From NCBI GenBank assembly GCA_038874215.1, contig JAVZCV010000002.1, forward strand, positions 6,664 through 70,663: DNA of 64,000 nucleotides, given 5' to 3'. Positions 28,993 to 38,299 of the stretch are shown one piece after another. The stretch's first letter is position 1, and each line of letters begins with the position of its first letter. Both the position numbers and the translations under genes were made by a program. Below the pieces are notes generated by a model that was not told where the DNA came from, made no database searches, and was given only the letters and a program-made list of their open reading frames with translations. This stretch comes from Candidatus Micrarchaeia archaeon (GTDB taxonomy: Archaea > Micrarchaeota > Micrarchaeia > Burarchaeales > JAVZCV01).

Positions 28993-30150
28993 ATGGCGGT
29001 CCAGCTTGAGGTTCATGGGAAAAAAATAATCGTGCGCGATCCCGCTTCTGTCTCTTCACTTCAAAAGGGTTTCTATGGTGTGATGCACAAAGGCGTAATC
29101 ACCCTCTTCCCCGAGGAAGCCCTTTATCTCATAGATATAAGGAATGCAAAATGCTACGATAAAAATGGGAACGCGCTAAAATTCAACGATGTTGCCCAAA
29201 TTTTCAAAAAGAAGAAACTACTCGCCCGCTACTTCACCTATAAAGATTGGCGCGACAGAGGGCTCATAGTTCGTCCTGTTGAAGAGGCTACGGGTAACTA
29301 CGGGAGGAATCCTGTCAAAAAATATCCCATGCGCGAGTTTGAACCTCCAAAATACTCTGTTGATGGGGTCTTCTTCCCAGATGATCTTTTTACAATAATA
29401 GATGACGAAGTTGTCGGCAGAGAGCTGTATGAGAACTACTGGCTTGGCCAGTTTGCCTCATACAAAGCAGAACAAAGGGGCAGAGTAGCGAAACTTGACG
29501 CCTACGAGACTCTTTTCATGCTGAGGCACTGCAACCTCTCCCTCCATAACTCTGATGAGGAGAAGGTTATCAAGAACGCTACAAAAAGAAGAAGCGATTT
29601 CATGCTGATGTACGAGGTTTATGAGGATTGGAGGCTTCGTGGCTATATACTAAAAACTGGTTTCAAGTTTGGCACGCACTTCAGGCTCTATATGCCAGGC
29701 GCATCACCAGTTAAAAAAGGCGACGAATGGATACACAGCAAGCATGTAATCCACATATTCCCGCGTTCCAAAAAAATGATAATCTCTGAATGGGCGAGAG
29801 CAATACGGGTTGCACACAGCGTAAAGAAGACTTTTATACTTGCGATACCAGGCGCGAAGAAGAAGCACAGTTTGAAGAAACCCGATTTTCTTCTTTATCA
29901 TCGCCACAAAACAGGCATAGAGACCCCAGATACAGGAAAGCCGAAGTTTCTCATGCTATCCCTAAGCGAAGAGGAGTACATAGGGGGTGAAGAACTCGCA
30001 GATGCTATAGAAATCGCAAAGAGCTTTGGGCTTGACCTAATGCTCGCAATAGCGGATAGGGAAAGCTCTGTTACTTACTATCGTGTAAGAAGGATAGAGT
30101 TGCAGGGCAGCAAATACGAATATTACGAGATAGAATGGGAGCAACCATAA
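28993..30150 (+). CDS. endA: tRNA-splicing endonuclease EndA, long single-chain form with duplicated/extended architecture
   Basis: The N-terminus MAVQLEVHGKKIIVRDPASV...VITLFPEEALYLID is like the EndA N-domain. A degenerate repeat is YKDWRDRGLIVRPVEE. The catalytic repeat is YEDWRLRGYILKTGFKFGTHFRLY...HSKHVIHIF...RVAHSVKKTFILAIPG, containing a Tyr/His/Lys triad. There is an extra ~75-aa C-terminal segment. Confidence 0.8.
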   Translation: MAVQLEVHGKKIIVRDPASVSSLQKGFYGVMHKGVITLFPEEALYLIDIRNAKCYDKNGNALKFNDVAQIFKKKKLLARYFTYKDWRDRGLIVRPVEEATGNYGRNPVKKYPMREFEPPKYSVDGVFFPDDLFTIIDDEVVGRELYENYWLGQFASYKAEQRGRVAKLDAYETLFMLRHCNLSLHNSDEEKVIKNATKRRSDFMLMYEVYEDWRLRGYILKTGFKFGTHFRLYMPGASPVKKGDEWIHSKHVIHIFPRSKKMIISEWARAIRVAHSVKKTFILAIPGAKKKHSLKKPDFLLYHRHKTGIETPDTGKPKFLMLSLSEEEYIGGEELADAIEIAKSFGLDLMLAIADRESSVTYYRVRRIELQGSKYEYYEIEWEQP

Positions 30151-30204
30151 TCTGCGAAAGGTATTTAAACACCATATAGCCAATTTAGATAAAAGGTGGT
30201 GCTA

Positions 30205-30459
30205 ATGTCAAAATACATGATTGCAAAGCAGGTTGCAGGCAAGCGCTTAATAACAAATGATGGTGAAGAGTTGGGAAGGCTAGTGGATATAAACGTAAAC
30301 GAAGTGACTGGAAAGATTGAATCCCTCGTAATTGAGCCAAACCTTGACAATAAAACAGCAAGAAAAATGGGGAAGCAGGATGGCATGATAGTTCTTCCTT
30401 ACAAATCCGTTTTGGCTATTTCTGATCACATAATCGTCCAGAAGAAGGACCTGCTCTGA
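30205..30459 (+). CDS. PRC-barrel domain protein
   Basis: ...KRLITNDGEELGRLVDINVNEVTGKIESLVIEP... is a PRC-barrel signature. Confidence 0.6.
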   Translation: MSKYMIAKQVAGKRLITNDGEELGRLVDINVNEVTGKIESLVIEPNLDNKTARKMGKQDGMIVLPYKSVLAISDHIIVQKKDLL

Positions 30460-30513
30460 TTTCCCCCTTTTATTTATAATTTATATTTTGTTACTGGAAA
30501 GAAGTTATAAGCG

Positions 30514-31170
30514 GTGGTAGGTCTGTCAGCAAAATTGATAGCTGGCGTGGATGAGGCGGGAAGGGGTGCAGTCATCGGCCCGCTCGTTATATGCGTCGCA
30601 GCAATAGACAAGGGAAAAGAGAACAGTCTCAGAGGGCTTGGCGTAAAAGATTCAAAAATGCTCGGAAAGGAAAGGCGTTCTGTTCTATACGAACAGATAC
30701 TCAAAATTTGTAGGGTTCGGGTGATAAAAATCAGCGCAAAGGAGCTCAACCTTCTTATGGAGAAACACACGCTCAACGAAATAGAGGCAATGGCATGCGC
30801 ACCAGCAATCGCTTCATTCAATCCAGATATAGCATATGTTGATTCGCCCGACCCGCAACCAAAAAAATTTGAGTTAAGGTTAAAGAAGTTCGGCGTATCA
30901 TGCAACCTTGTCTGTGAAAATGGCGCCGACGCAAAATACCCTATCGTTTCTGCCGCCTCAATAGTGGCGAAGGTTGAGAGAGATGCTGAAATAGACCAAA
31001 TAAAGAAAATCCTTGGCTTTGATTTCAACAGCGGCTATCCTTCCGATGAAAAAACGCGCAAGTTCTTGGAAAACAAAAAAATTGAGGGAAAACTGCTTGA
31101 CTATGTTCGCCTAAAATGGAGGACTCTCAAAAAAATTCGGCAGAAAAAAATAAGCGATTTCTTTTCATGA
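30514..31170 (+). CDS. rnhB: Ribonuclease HII
   Basis: ...IAGVDEAGRGAVIGPLVI... and ...DSKML... are present. 218 aa. Confidence 0.9.
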   Translation: MVGLSAKLIAGVDEAGRGAVIGPLVICVAAIDKGKENSLRGLGVKDSKMLGKERRSVLYEQILKICRVRVIKISAKELNLLMEKHTLNEIEAMACAPAIASFNPDIAYVDSPDPQPKKFELRLKKFGVSCNLVCENGADAKYPIVSAASIVAKVERDAEIDQIKKILGFDFNSGYPSDEKTRKFLENKKIEGKLLDYVRLKWRTLKKIRQKKISDFFS

Positions 31171-32055
31171 GCCCATTATGAAAATGAGGACAGCCGGGAT
31201 TGTCAAGAGGCTCAAAAGCGTTGAAACGAAAACTATGGACGCAACGAGCTCTTCCCTTCTTCTGTACTTTGCCGCAAGCAGGAAATTGGTGACAGCAGAC
31301 GGCATCGCAGACTGCAGTACGAGGACACCCATATAAATTCCACTGATTCCTGCGAAACTGCAAAGCACGAATGCAACAACAGGCCCGATTATAAGCCTAA
31401 CAAAAGCGTTGAGGCAGGGCAGTTTTATCTTCCTCGCATCTGGCTTTATCCTTGAAAGCTGAACTCCAAGCATGATTAGCTGTACGGGCAATGCGGATTT
31501 GCCCAGCAGTTCAACCACCCCGAAAATCGGGGCGGGCAGCTTTATCGACAGCGCAGAGAGCGCAATACCAGCAGCCACAAAATACACCAAAGGAAGTTTC
31601 AGGAACTCAAGCATCCTGCTTCCGCTTGCTATATAAACGCCAGCAGTGTACATTATTATTGTATTTACAACCATGTAGTAAGCACCAAGCGAAAGACCCT
31701 CATTCCCAAAAGCGAAAAGACAGAAGGACAGGCCCATGTTACCCGTGTTTATAAGCATTGATGTCATCAGCACAATCCTTGCGTCTTCATCACTGAATCC
31801 GAAAAGACGCGTCCCCAAGAATCCTATAACCCCCGAGATTATCATAACTGCGAGAGAAACAACCACAAAACCAACGAGTTCTGGCCCGAGCTGCCCTATG
31901 CCAAGCGAATATAACATGAGAAAAGGCGACAGTACATAAATGGTCATGTCTGCGAGCGAGCCAACATCTATTTTCCTGTATTTGCCGAGGCAGTATCCAA
32001 GCCCCATTATGAAGAATGCTGGGAAAGATACACCCAATACCCTTACTATGTCCAT
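31165..32055 (-). CDS. AEC-family (auxin efflux carrier-like) membrane transporter
   Basis: About 10 TM helices in two halves and an N-terminus typical of Mem_trans proteins. Confidence 0.6.
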   Translation of the reverse strand: MDIVRVLGVSFPAFFIMGLGYCLGKYRKIDVGSLADMTIYVLSPFLMLYSLGIGQLGPELVGFVVVSLAVMIISGVIGFLGTRLFGFSDEDARIVLMTSMLINTGNMGLSFCLFAFGNEGLSLGAYYMVVNTIIMYTAGVYIASGSRMLEFLKLPLVYFVAAGIALSALSIKLPAPIFGVVELLGKSALPVQLIMLGVQLSRIKPDARKIKLPCLNAFVRLIIGPVVAFVLCSFAGISGIYMGVLVLQSAMPSAVTNFLLAAKYRRREELVASIVFVSTLLSLLTIPAVLIFIMGS

Positions 32056-33362
32056 AGCCCAAACGCCCCCAGTGCTTCATCCAGTCTTCTCATAAAAGCC
32101 TCAAGATTTTCTTTCTTTACGCTTGCACCAGCCGCCATTTTATGCCCCCCACCGTTTCCAATTCCCTCGCATGCCTCAACCATGATCCTACCTAAATTAA
32201 CACCCCTTTTGACTACTTCGCTGGATGCACGTGCAGAGACCTTAACGTTCCCCTCATCATCGTAAGCAAGGCCTATGACAGGTTTATCCTGCTTATACAT
32301 CATGCCTGCAATGACACCGATTATTCCGTCCTCTATCTTGCCCCTGCCATCTATGATGTAGTACGCATCCCTTTCTTCGGTTGAAGATACGGCGAATTCT
32401 ATTCCCTCCCTTAATTTTTTCCTGTAAATTCTCAGTATAGCCCTCGCCTCATTCCGTGCCTTTTCGTCACCCATACAAAGCCGTATGCCTATCTCTGGCT
32501 TTTTGTTTCTGCCGCAGGCGTTTAGGAGCGTTGAAAACTCATTCGCATCCCTCGTTTCCTCAGGCTCGTTCGGGAATTCGTAGACCTCCCCAACGAGTTC
32601 TCTCGCCTTCTCATCAAGACCGTGTGCGTACAGGTGTTTTACGAGTGCGGTTACAAAGCGAACCTTCTCATCCATGCTCAAATCCACATACCGCCTCCAC
32701 TTTTCCCTCTTCTGCTCAATTCCAAGCATTTCAATGAAATCCCTGCATGCTTCAACATCCTCAGTCAGCCCAGGAAAATAATGGGAAGTTGAGTAGCACA
32801 AAAGCTCTGCTAAGGGCCTGTTGAATCGCCCGTAGAGCGTTAAATCCCTCTTTATTTCTATGAGCCCTGCCCTTTGCCCTTCCTCAAGTATTACCCTGTT
32901 CATTCCCCTTAGGGGATGTTGCATGTCCCCAACAGCACCAACAACGGCGAGATGGGACATTTTGGCATCACCAAAAACACGATATGCGACCCCCGCTGCG
33001 CTCAACTCTTTGCCCCCATCTATCCCGAATTCATGCGGGTTTGCCTCAATGACGCCTATGCCATCGCCCTTCCTCTGATGATGGTCTATAACAACTATTC
33101 TCCTACCAGTTTTACCCAACAAATCCAAGACGCCGCTCCCCAAATCAACGAAAATAATCTCATCCTCAGATATCTCGCCCAATTCCTTCTCGCCAAGTTT
33201 TCTAACGGTCTTTACGCTGAATTCCTTGCCCATATCCCTAAGCCCAAGCAAAACTATCGCTGTTGAGGAGATGCCATCAGAATCGTAGTGGCCAACAACA
33301 AGCGGCCTCTCCATCTTTTCTATCTCCCGCCTGACATTTTTGCATTTTTCCAGAAAATTCAT
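32046..33362 (-). CDS. DHH/DHHA1 phosphoesterase (archaeal RecJ/GAN-like nuclease)
   Basis: Motifs HYDSDGISS, VIDHHQ and the DHHA1 GGGHKMAAG are present. Confidence 0.8.
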   Translation of the reverse strand: MNFLEKCKNVRREIEKMERPLVVGHYDSDGISSTAIVLLGLRDMGKEFSVKTVRKLGEKELGEISEDEIIFVDLGSGVLDLLGKTGRRIVVIDHHQRKGDGIGVIEANPHEFGIDGGKELSAAGVAYRVFGDAKMSHLAVVGAVGDMQHPLRGMNRVILEEGQRAGLIEIKRDLTLYGRFNRPLAELLCYSTSHYFPGLTEDVEACRDFIEMLGIEQKREKWRRYVDLSMDEKVRFVTALVKHLYAHGLDEKARELVGEVYEFPNEPEETRDANEFSTLLNACGRNKKPEIGIRLCMGDEKARNEARAILRIYRKKLREGIEFAVSSTEERDAYYIIDGRGKIEDGIIGVIAGMMYKQDKPVIGLAYDDEGNVKVSARASSEVVKRGVNLGRIMVEACEGIGNGGGHKMAAGASVKKENLEAFMRRLDEALGAFGLWT

Positions 33363-33411
33363 GGGTAAATTTTGAAAACAAGTTTTTTATCCCTCCCCTC
33401 ATTATATTCTC

Positions 33412-34032
33412 ATGCAAAAGAAACTCGCCACTTCTTTCCTGTTTCTCATCAACCTTCTCTATTCCTACTCCTGCGCTGTTGAACCAAAAGCGTCCTTTGC
33501 CCACGAAGGCGAAACAGCCACGTTCTCCATCTTCTATGAAAACATGACAATTGGCGAGATCATAACTCTCGTATGCAGGCCAAACTACTTCGCTTCCTGC
33601 AACACAAAGAATGCGAGCGGGCAGTGCGAAGCAAATTACCGCTACTTTCCACAGGGAAGATTCTTTATCTATGCATCATCGCCTTTCACTTCATGCAACG
33701 CCACACTATCTGTAGCCTCAAAAAGGGATTCTATCCCACCGATCGTAGATATAACGAATATAAGAAACGGCGATACGGTGTCTGGCATTACGCCCATAAA
33801 CGCTGCTGCATACGATCAATCTGGTGTAAAGCGGGTTGATATACTGATAAATGGCATTCTCGTTAAATCATGCCCTTCAGATTCATGTGTTTATCTATGG
33901 AATACTACGGGGCTTCCCCCGCGCAACTACACGATATCGGCAGTTGCATACGATTCCCAAAACAACAGCGCTGCAACAACCACAGTAGTCCGTACTGCGG
34001 AAGTGAAGGGATGCAGATGCGGGGCCACATAG
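33412..34032 (+). CDS. Hypothetical secreted Cys-rich protein with Ig-like C-domain
   Basis: It has a signal peptide and several Cys residues. ...ISAVAYDSQNNSAATTTVV... is beta-sandwich-like. Confidence 0.4.
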   Translation: MQKKLATSFLFLINLLYSYSCAVEPKASFAHEGETATFSIFYENMTIGEIITLVCRPNYFASCNTKNASGQCEANYRYFPQGRFFIYASSPFTSCNATLSVASKRDSIPPIVDITNIRNGDTVSGITPINAAAYDQSGVKRVDILINGILVKSCPSDSCVYLWNTTGLPPRNYTISAVAYDSQNNSAATTTVVRTAEVKGCRCGAT

Positions 34033-34067
34033 CTACATATATATAGGTCAAATGAATATACTTTCTT

Positions 34068-34616
34068 ATGAAGTTCTCACTCACTGAGACTGCTTTAATC
34101 GCCTTTTTCGCTTTTTTCATCATCTTTCTGGTGGTTGTTTTAACTTCAACCCCCCCAAAAAGCGTGGCCGCATACAAGCTCTACTCAATAAAACCCGACC
34201 TTGAATATACCTACATCGTTCTGTCAAAATCTAACTCATCCCAAATTACCAAAATATCCCGCCACGTGCTGGGCGCAAGCGATGGCTACTGGATCATTGA
34301 TACGAGTCTGGAGGGCGGTGAAAAAATTCGTACATGGGTAAGCAAAAGCACACTCGTCTGTGCGAAGGCAATCCTCATATTCGGAAGCAGGGAAAAGGAG
34401 GCAGTATGTCCTGAACCTTTTTATAACGAAGAACTGCTACACGGCGGCAGAGAAAAAATAAACTTCAGCATGGGCTCATTCGTAGCGGATGTGTACTCCT
34501 CAAAAGACGGCAAGCTTCGTTTCTGGCAGGTCCCAGAAATCCCTGTTCCAGTGAAAATAGACTTGGGAGAGAATATTCTTCTTCTTGAAAACTGTACACA
34601 CCCCCCACATATTTAG
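34068..34616 (+). CDS. Hypothetical N-terminally anchored extracellular protein
   Basis: One N-terminal TM helix, then a soluble domain. Confidence 0.35.
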   Translation: MKFSLTETALIAFFAFFIIFLVVVLTSTPPKSVAAYKLYSIKPDLEYTYIVLSKSNSSQITKISRHVLGASDGYWIIDTSLEGGEKIRTWVSKSTLVCAKAILIFGSREKEAVCPEPFYNEELLHGGREKINFSMGSFVADVYSSKDGKLRFWQVPEIPVPVKIDLGENILLLENCTHPPHI

Positions 34617-35905
34617 ACTGTATAACTCTCAAGGTTTGCTGGGACCACAACGTCATACCCATACTTCTCAAGACTCTCTTTAAGCTCGTATGGCTTTCTT
34701 TCATCTCCATGGACTATGAAGATTTTCTTGAGACCCCGTATACTCCTCGCGAAACTTACGAGCCCCTGCCTATCTGCGTGTGCGCTGAGCTCAAACTTTA
34801 CAACCTCCATATTAACATTGATTTCATCCCCCCCGATAATCACCCTCCTCTCCCCATCAAGCAGTTTCCTACCCAATGTTCCCTTTGCCTGATACCCCAC
34901 AAGAGCGAGCGTGTTTTTCGGGTCCGCTGCGAGCGCTTTCAGATACCCCACAACAGGCCCCCCTGTGAGCATACCAGAACTTGCGACTATTATCCCTCCT
35001 TCCCCAAGCACGTCGCTCCTATCTTTTGTTTTGGGCATCCTGAAAAATCTACTTTTGAAAGGATCATCGTCGCTCATGAGAATGCGGAGTTGTATCTCCC
35101 TCCGCGCGTATATCACGTTTTGCCTATATATCCTGTTTGCCTTTATTATCATCCCATCAACCCATATAGGCACCTTTTTTATTACCCCAGAACGCATGTA
35201 GCTTTCAAGAGTTATGAGAACCTCTTGCCCCCTCCCAACCGCGAAAGATGGTATTAAGACTACTCCGCCCCTGCTTATAGTCCTGTTTATAGTTTCACAA
35301 AGTTTTGCAAATTCACTTTTTGCGGGAGGATGTTTATCCTCAAAACCGCCATATGTGCTTTCAATTATCAGCGTATCCGCGCGTATACCAGTCTCAGCAC
35401 CTTCAATGAGCCTTGAACCCTTAATCTCTATATCTGAAGTGTATAGGATGTTCTTATCCGCACTGAGCTTTATCATAGCCCCTCCAAGGATATGCCCAGA
35501 CCTGCGGAATTCTGTTTTTATGCCCCCCCCAAACTTAGCGCCGTATTCCACGATCGCACAGCGGCGCATAACTTCTTCTATCTCCTTATCAGAAACTGCC
35601 TCCGGGTTTATTCTTCTATAATCAGCAAGAAGCAGATGCATGAGATCCCGCGTAGGCTTTGTTGCATATATGCTCGCTTTGCAGCCTCTCCTCATGAGCA
35701 TAGGTAGATAGCCCGCATGGTCTATATGGGCATGACTGACCACAACCCTCCGCGTTCTTTTTATAAGCCCATCGTCCAGAAGAGGATACTCTTCTCTCTC
35801 CCCCAACTTTATCCCACAGTCAAGCATAACCGCTGTTCTCTTTTCTTCTGCAAGGATGCAGCTTCTGCCTACTTCGCCCGCACCGCCTAAAAACGTGAGT
35901 TTCAT
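34613..35905 (-). CDS. beta-CASP metallo-beta-lactamase-fold ribonuclease (aCPSF2/RNase J-like)
   Basis: HxHxDH (VSHAHIDHAG) is present, along with beta-CASP motifs further C-terminal. Probable start at the internal Met MKLTFLGGAGEVGRS. Confidence 0.8.
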   Translation of the reverse strand: MKLTFLGGAGEVGRSCILAEEKRTAVMLDCGIKLGEREEYPLLDDGLIKRTRRVVVSHAHIDHAGYLPMLMRRGCKASIYATKPTRDLMHLLLADYRRINPEAVSDKEIEEVMRRCAIVEYGAKFGGGIKTEFRRSGHILGGAMIKLSADKNILYTSDIEIKGSRLIEGAETGIRADTLIIESTYGGFEDKHPPAKSEFAKLCETINRTISRGGVVLIPSFAVGRGQEVLITLESYMRSGVIKKVPIWVDGMIIKANRIYRQNVIYARREIQLRILMSDDDPFKSRFFRMPKTKDRSDVLGEGGIIVASSGMLTGGPVVGYLKALAADPKNTLALVGYQAKGTLGRKLLDGERRVIIGGDEINVNMEVVKFELSAHADRQGLVSFARSIRGLKKIFIVHGDERKPYELKESLEKYGYDVVVPANLESYTV

Positions 35906-35955
35906 GCTCGTTTTTCTGTGCTCATCTTTATAAACCGTCAAGCATTATTCCTATC

Positions 35956-36588
35956 GTGGCAATCATAGATATCCCAAAAATCCCGCTCATTAAGGGAAAC
36001 GGGAAGAAAGCACCCCGAGAGTGCGGCAAAAAAGAGGACGAGCCACTGAAAAAAGTTGAGCGCATACTAAAAATCTACAAAGCAATAATAAGCCGTTACC
36101 GCGAGATGATAGAGGAGAAGGAAAAAAAGACAATACCAGAGCTCAAGATGCTCATCCAACCAGAAAATCCTGCGGTACTCTCTATATGCAACTCTATAAA
36201 AGCGAATTTCAGGCCCTATATATACAAAGAGCATTTTTTAAAAGCGGCCGAACTCTGCCATGACTTTGTGAAGGAGGAGATAGCGAACGAAGTTCTTCCC
36301 GTAGACTTCTGGATGAGGCCAGAAGAAATTCTTGAAATAGGTGCTGCTGACGAAGTTGATAAGGCGATATTCCTCTGCTCCCTCCTGATAGCACTTGAGA
36401 ACAAGAGCGCAAAGGTCCTTATTGAATCGGCCGAAGCAAAGCGTGCATTCGTAATTTTTGAGTTTGGTGGTGATTTTTACCTCATTGACCCAGTCCGTGG
36501 CGAAATTAAAAAAGGAAAACACGAGGATTTTGCAAAGAGCGGTTCATACGAATTCAACAACCAGGAATACAACGAACTCAGCGATTGA
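35956..36588 (+). CDS. Hypothetical protein, possibly a degenerate transglutaminase-like fold
   Basis: ...AIFLCSLLIALENKSAKV... and ...FVIFEFGGDFYLIDP... resemble the TGase-like core but the catalytic His is missing. Confidence 0.3.
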   Translation: MAIIDIPKIPLIKGNGKKAPRECGKKEDEPLKKVERILKIYKAIISRYREMIEEKEKKTIPELKMLIQPENPAVLSICNSIKANFRPYIYKEHFLKAAELCHDFVKEEIANEVLPVDFWMRPEEILEIGAADEVDKAIFLCSLLIALENKSAKVLIESAEAKRAFVIFEFGGDFYLIDPVRGEIKKGKHEDFAKSGSYEFNNQEYNELSD

Positions 36589-36619
36589 AATATATACTTT
36601 TCTGTAAAAAAATTATCCC

Positions 36620-36796
36620 ATGTTTCGGTTAAATGAAAATAGGTGCATGTACTGCGGTTCATGTGTTGGCGTATGCCCGCAGCTTGCTCTCGTTCTTGAC
36701 GAAGTGAAAATAAGGCATGATGCCAAAAGATGCATAGAATGTGGCATATGCATGCGCGCATGTCCGCTTTCAGCTATAACCGTGAAAAAAGAGTGA
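36620..36796 (+). CDS. fdx: 4Fe-4S ferredoxin (2 x CxxCxxCxxxCP), 58 aa. Not in the ORF track.
   Basis: My manual translation is MFRLNENRCMYCGSCVGVCPQLALVLDEVKIRHDAKRCIECGICMRACPLSAITVKKE. It sits immediately upstream of geranylgeranyl reductase. Confidence 0.7.
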   Translation: MFRLNENRCMYCGSCVGVCPQLALVLDEVKIRHDAKRCIECGICMRACPLSAITVKKE

Positions 36797-36800
36797 TAGC

Positions 36801-38006
36801 ATGCGCACATACGACATCGCAGTGGTCGGCGCTGGTCCTGCTGGTTCCTCTGCAGCAAGGGTTGCGGCAGAGGCGGGCGCAAAAGTAATCCTTATTGAGA
36901 GAAAAAAGGAGATAGGCAACCCAGTGCGCTGTGGGGAAGGAATAGGGAAGCACTGGCTTGATGAGATAGGTCTAAAAGTCCCTCCACGCGCGATATGTGC
37001 TGAGCTGAACGGCGCTATCCTTTTCGGCCCGAATATGAAATCAATAAAGATAAAAACAGACGAGACGAAGGGCTATGTTCTTGATAGGAATGTTTTTGAT
37101 AGGGAGCTTGCGATTGATGCTGCAAGGGTGGGCGCAGAGATATTGGTGAAGGCGCAGGTTGTTGATATAGAAGGGAATACGCTCAAAGTCGCCCACATGG
37201 GGGAAAAGAATGAGATAAAGGCAAGTGTGATAATCGCGGCTGATGGTGGCGAGTCTGTCATTGCAAGGAAAGTTGGAATAAACTCTACCGCAACGCTTTA
37301 CGATACAGACTTCGGGGTTGAGTACGAGATGGCGAATGTTGAGTGCACGGACCTGATAGAAATATACTTCGGCAGAAGCGTTGCACCGCGCGGATACGTC
37401 TGGGTCTTTCCAAAAGGAAAAGACGTTGCGAACGTTGGTGTTGGTATCGGTGGCTTAGAACAACCAAACGCGATAAGCTACCTTGAAAAGTTCATAAAAG
37501 GCCATCCCGATAGGTTTAAGGATGCGCAGCCCGTTGCAGTCAAGGCTGGCGTAATACCTGTGGGTGCTCCTCTTGAAACTTTTGTCAAAGGCAATGTTAT
37601 GGTTGTTGGTACAGCTGCACATCAGGTTGACCCGATACACGGCGGCGGCATATGCCTTGCCATAGATGCAGGGCTGATGGCAGGCAAGGTTGCCGCAAAA
37701 TGCATAAATGAAAAAAAGGTTAGCGAGTCTTCCTTAAAAGAATACGAGAAGATATGGAGAAGCAAAAGGGAAAGCAAGCATATGAAGAGGCTTGCACTAA
37801 GGAAGGCTGTTGAAAAGCTTGATGACGATGACTTCAATGTTATATTCTCTTCTTTAGATGAGAATGATCTAGACCTTCTGTTGAAGGGAAACTACGCACC
37901 CGTGGTCCAGAAGGTGCTATTGAGAAGACCGCAACTCCTAAAAATACTCTCCCCACTTTCACAGTATGGTGCTGGGGAACTGATAAAGGCATTCAAGGAT
38001 TGGTAG
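36801..38006 (+). CDS. ggr: Geranylgeranyl reductase (digeranylgeranylglycerophospholipid reductase family, FAD-dependent)
   Basis: FAD-binding motif is DIAVVGAGPAGSSAA. ...RCGEGIG... and ...PRGYVWVFPKG... are typical. 401 aa. Confidence 0.9.
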   Translation: MRTYDIAVVGAGPAGSSAARVAAEAGAKVILIERKKEIGNPVRCGEGIGKHWLDEIGLKVPPRAICAELNGAILFGPNMKSIKIKTDETKGYVLDRNVFDRELAIDAARVGAEILVKAQVVDIEGNTLKVAHMGEKNEIKASVIIAADGGESVIARKVGINSTATLYDTDFGVEYEMANVECTDLIEIYFGRSVAPRGYVWVFPKGKDVANVGVGIGGLEQPNAISYLEKFIKGHPDRFKDAQPVAVKAGVIPVGAPLETFVKGNVMVVGTAAHQVDPIHGGGICLAIDAGLMAGKVAAKCINEKKVSESSLKEYEKIWRSKRESKHMKRLALRKAVEKLDDDDFNVIFSSLDENDLDLLLKGNYAPVVQKVLLRRPQLLKILSPLSQYGAGELIKAFKDW

Positions 38007-38013
38007 TGGTCCT

Positions 38014-38187
38014 ATGAATGAGTACACAAAATATGAAAAGGCAAGGTTGATAGGTGCAAGGGCATTGCAGATCGCGTTGGGGGCACCGCCGCTCATAGAC
38101 TTGTCAGAGGGTTTAACGGACGCAGTGGCAATAGCGATGAAGGAGTTTGAAAAAGGCGTCATACCCCTCGCCGTGATGAGGGAATAA
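38014..38187 (+). CDS. rpoK: DNA-directed RNA polymerase subunit K (Rpb6/omega homolog), 57 aa. Not in the ORF track.
   Basis: My manual translation is MNEYTKYEKARLIGARALQIALGAPPLIDLSEGLTDAVAIAMKEFEKGVIPLAVMRE. It matches the RpoK TRYEKARiiGARALQis.GAP signature. Confidence 0.7.
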   Translation: MNEYTKYEKARLIGARALQIALGAPPLIDLSEGLTDAVAIAMKEFEKGVIPLAVMRE

Positions 38188-38299
38188 CGGTGCTTTTACG
38201 AGGCACTACTACTCTGTTCTTGAAAACAAAGAGCAGGCGAACTACCTGAAATCAAAAATCAAACCTGTTCTTGAGGAGAAGATAAGAAAAGCAAGAAAA

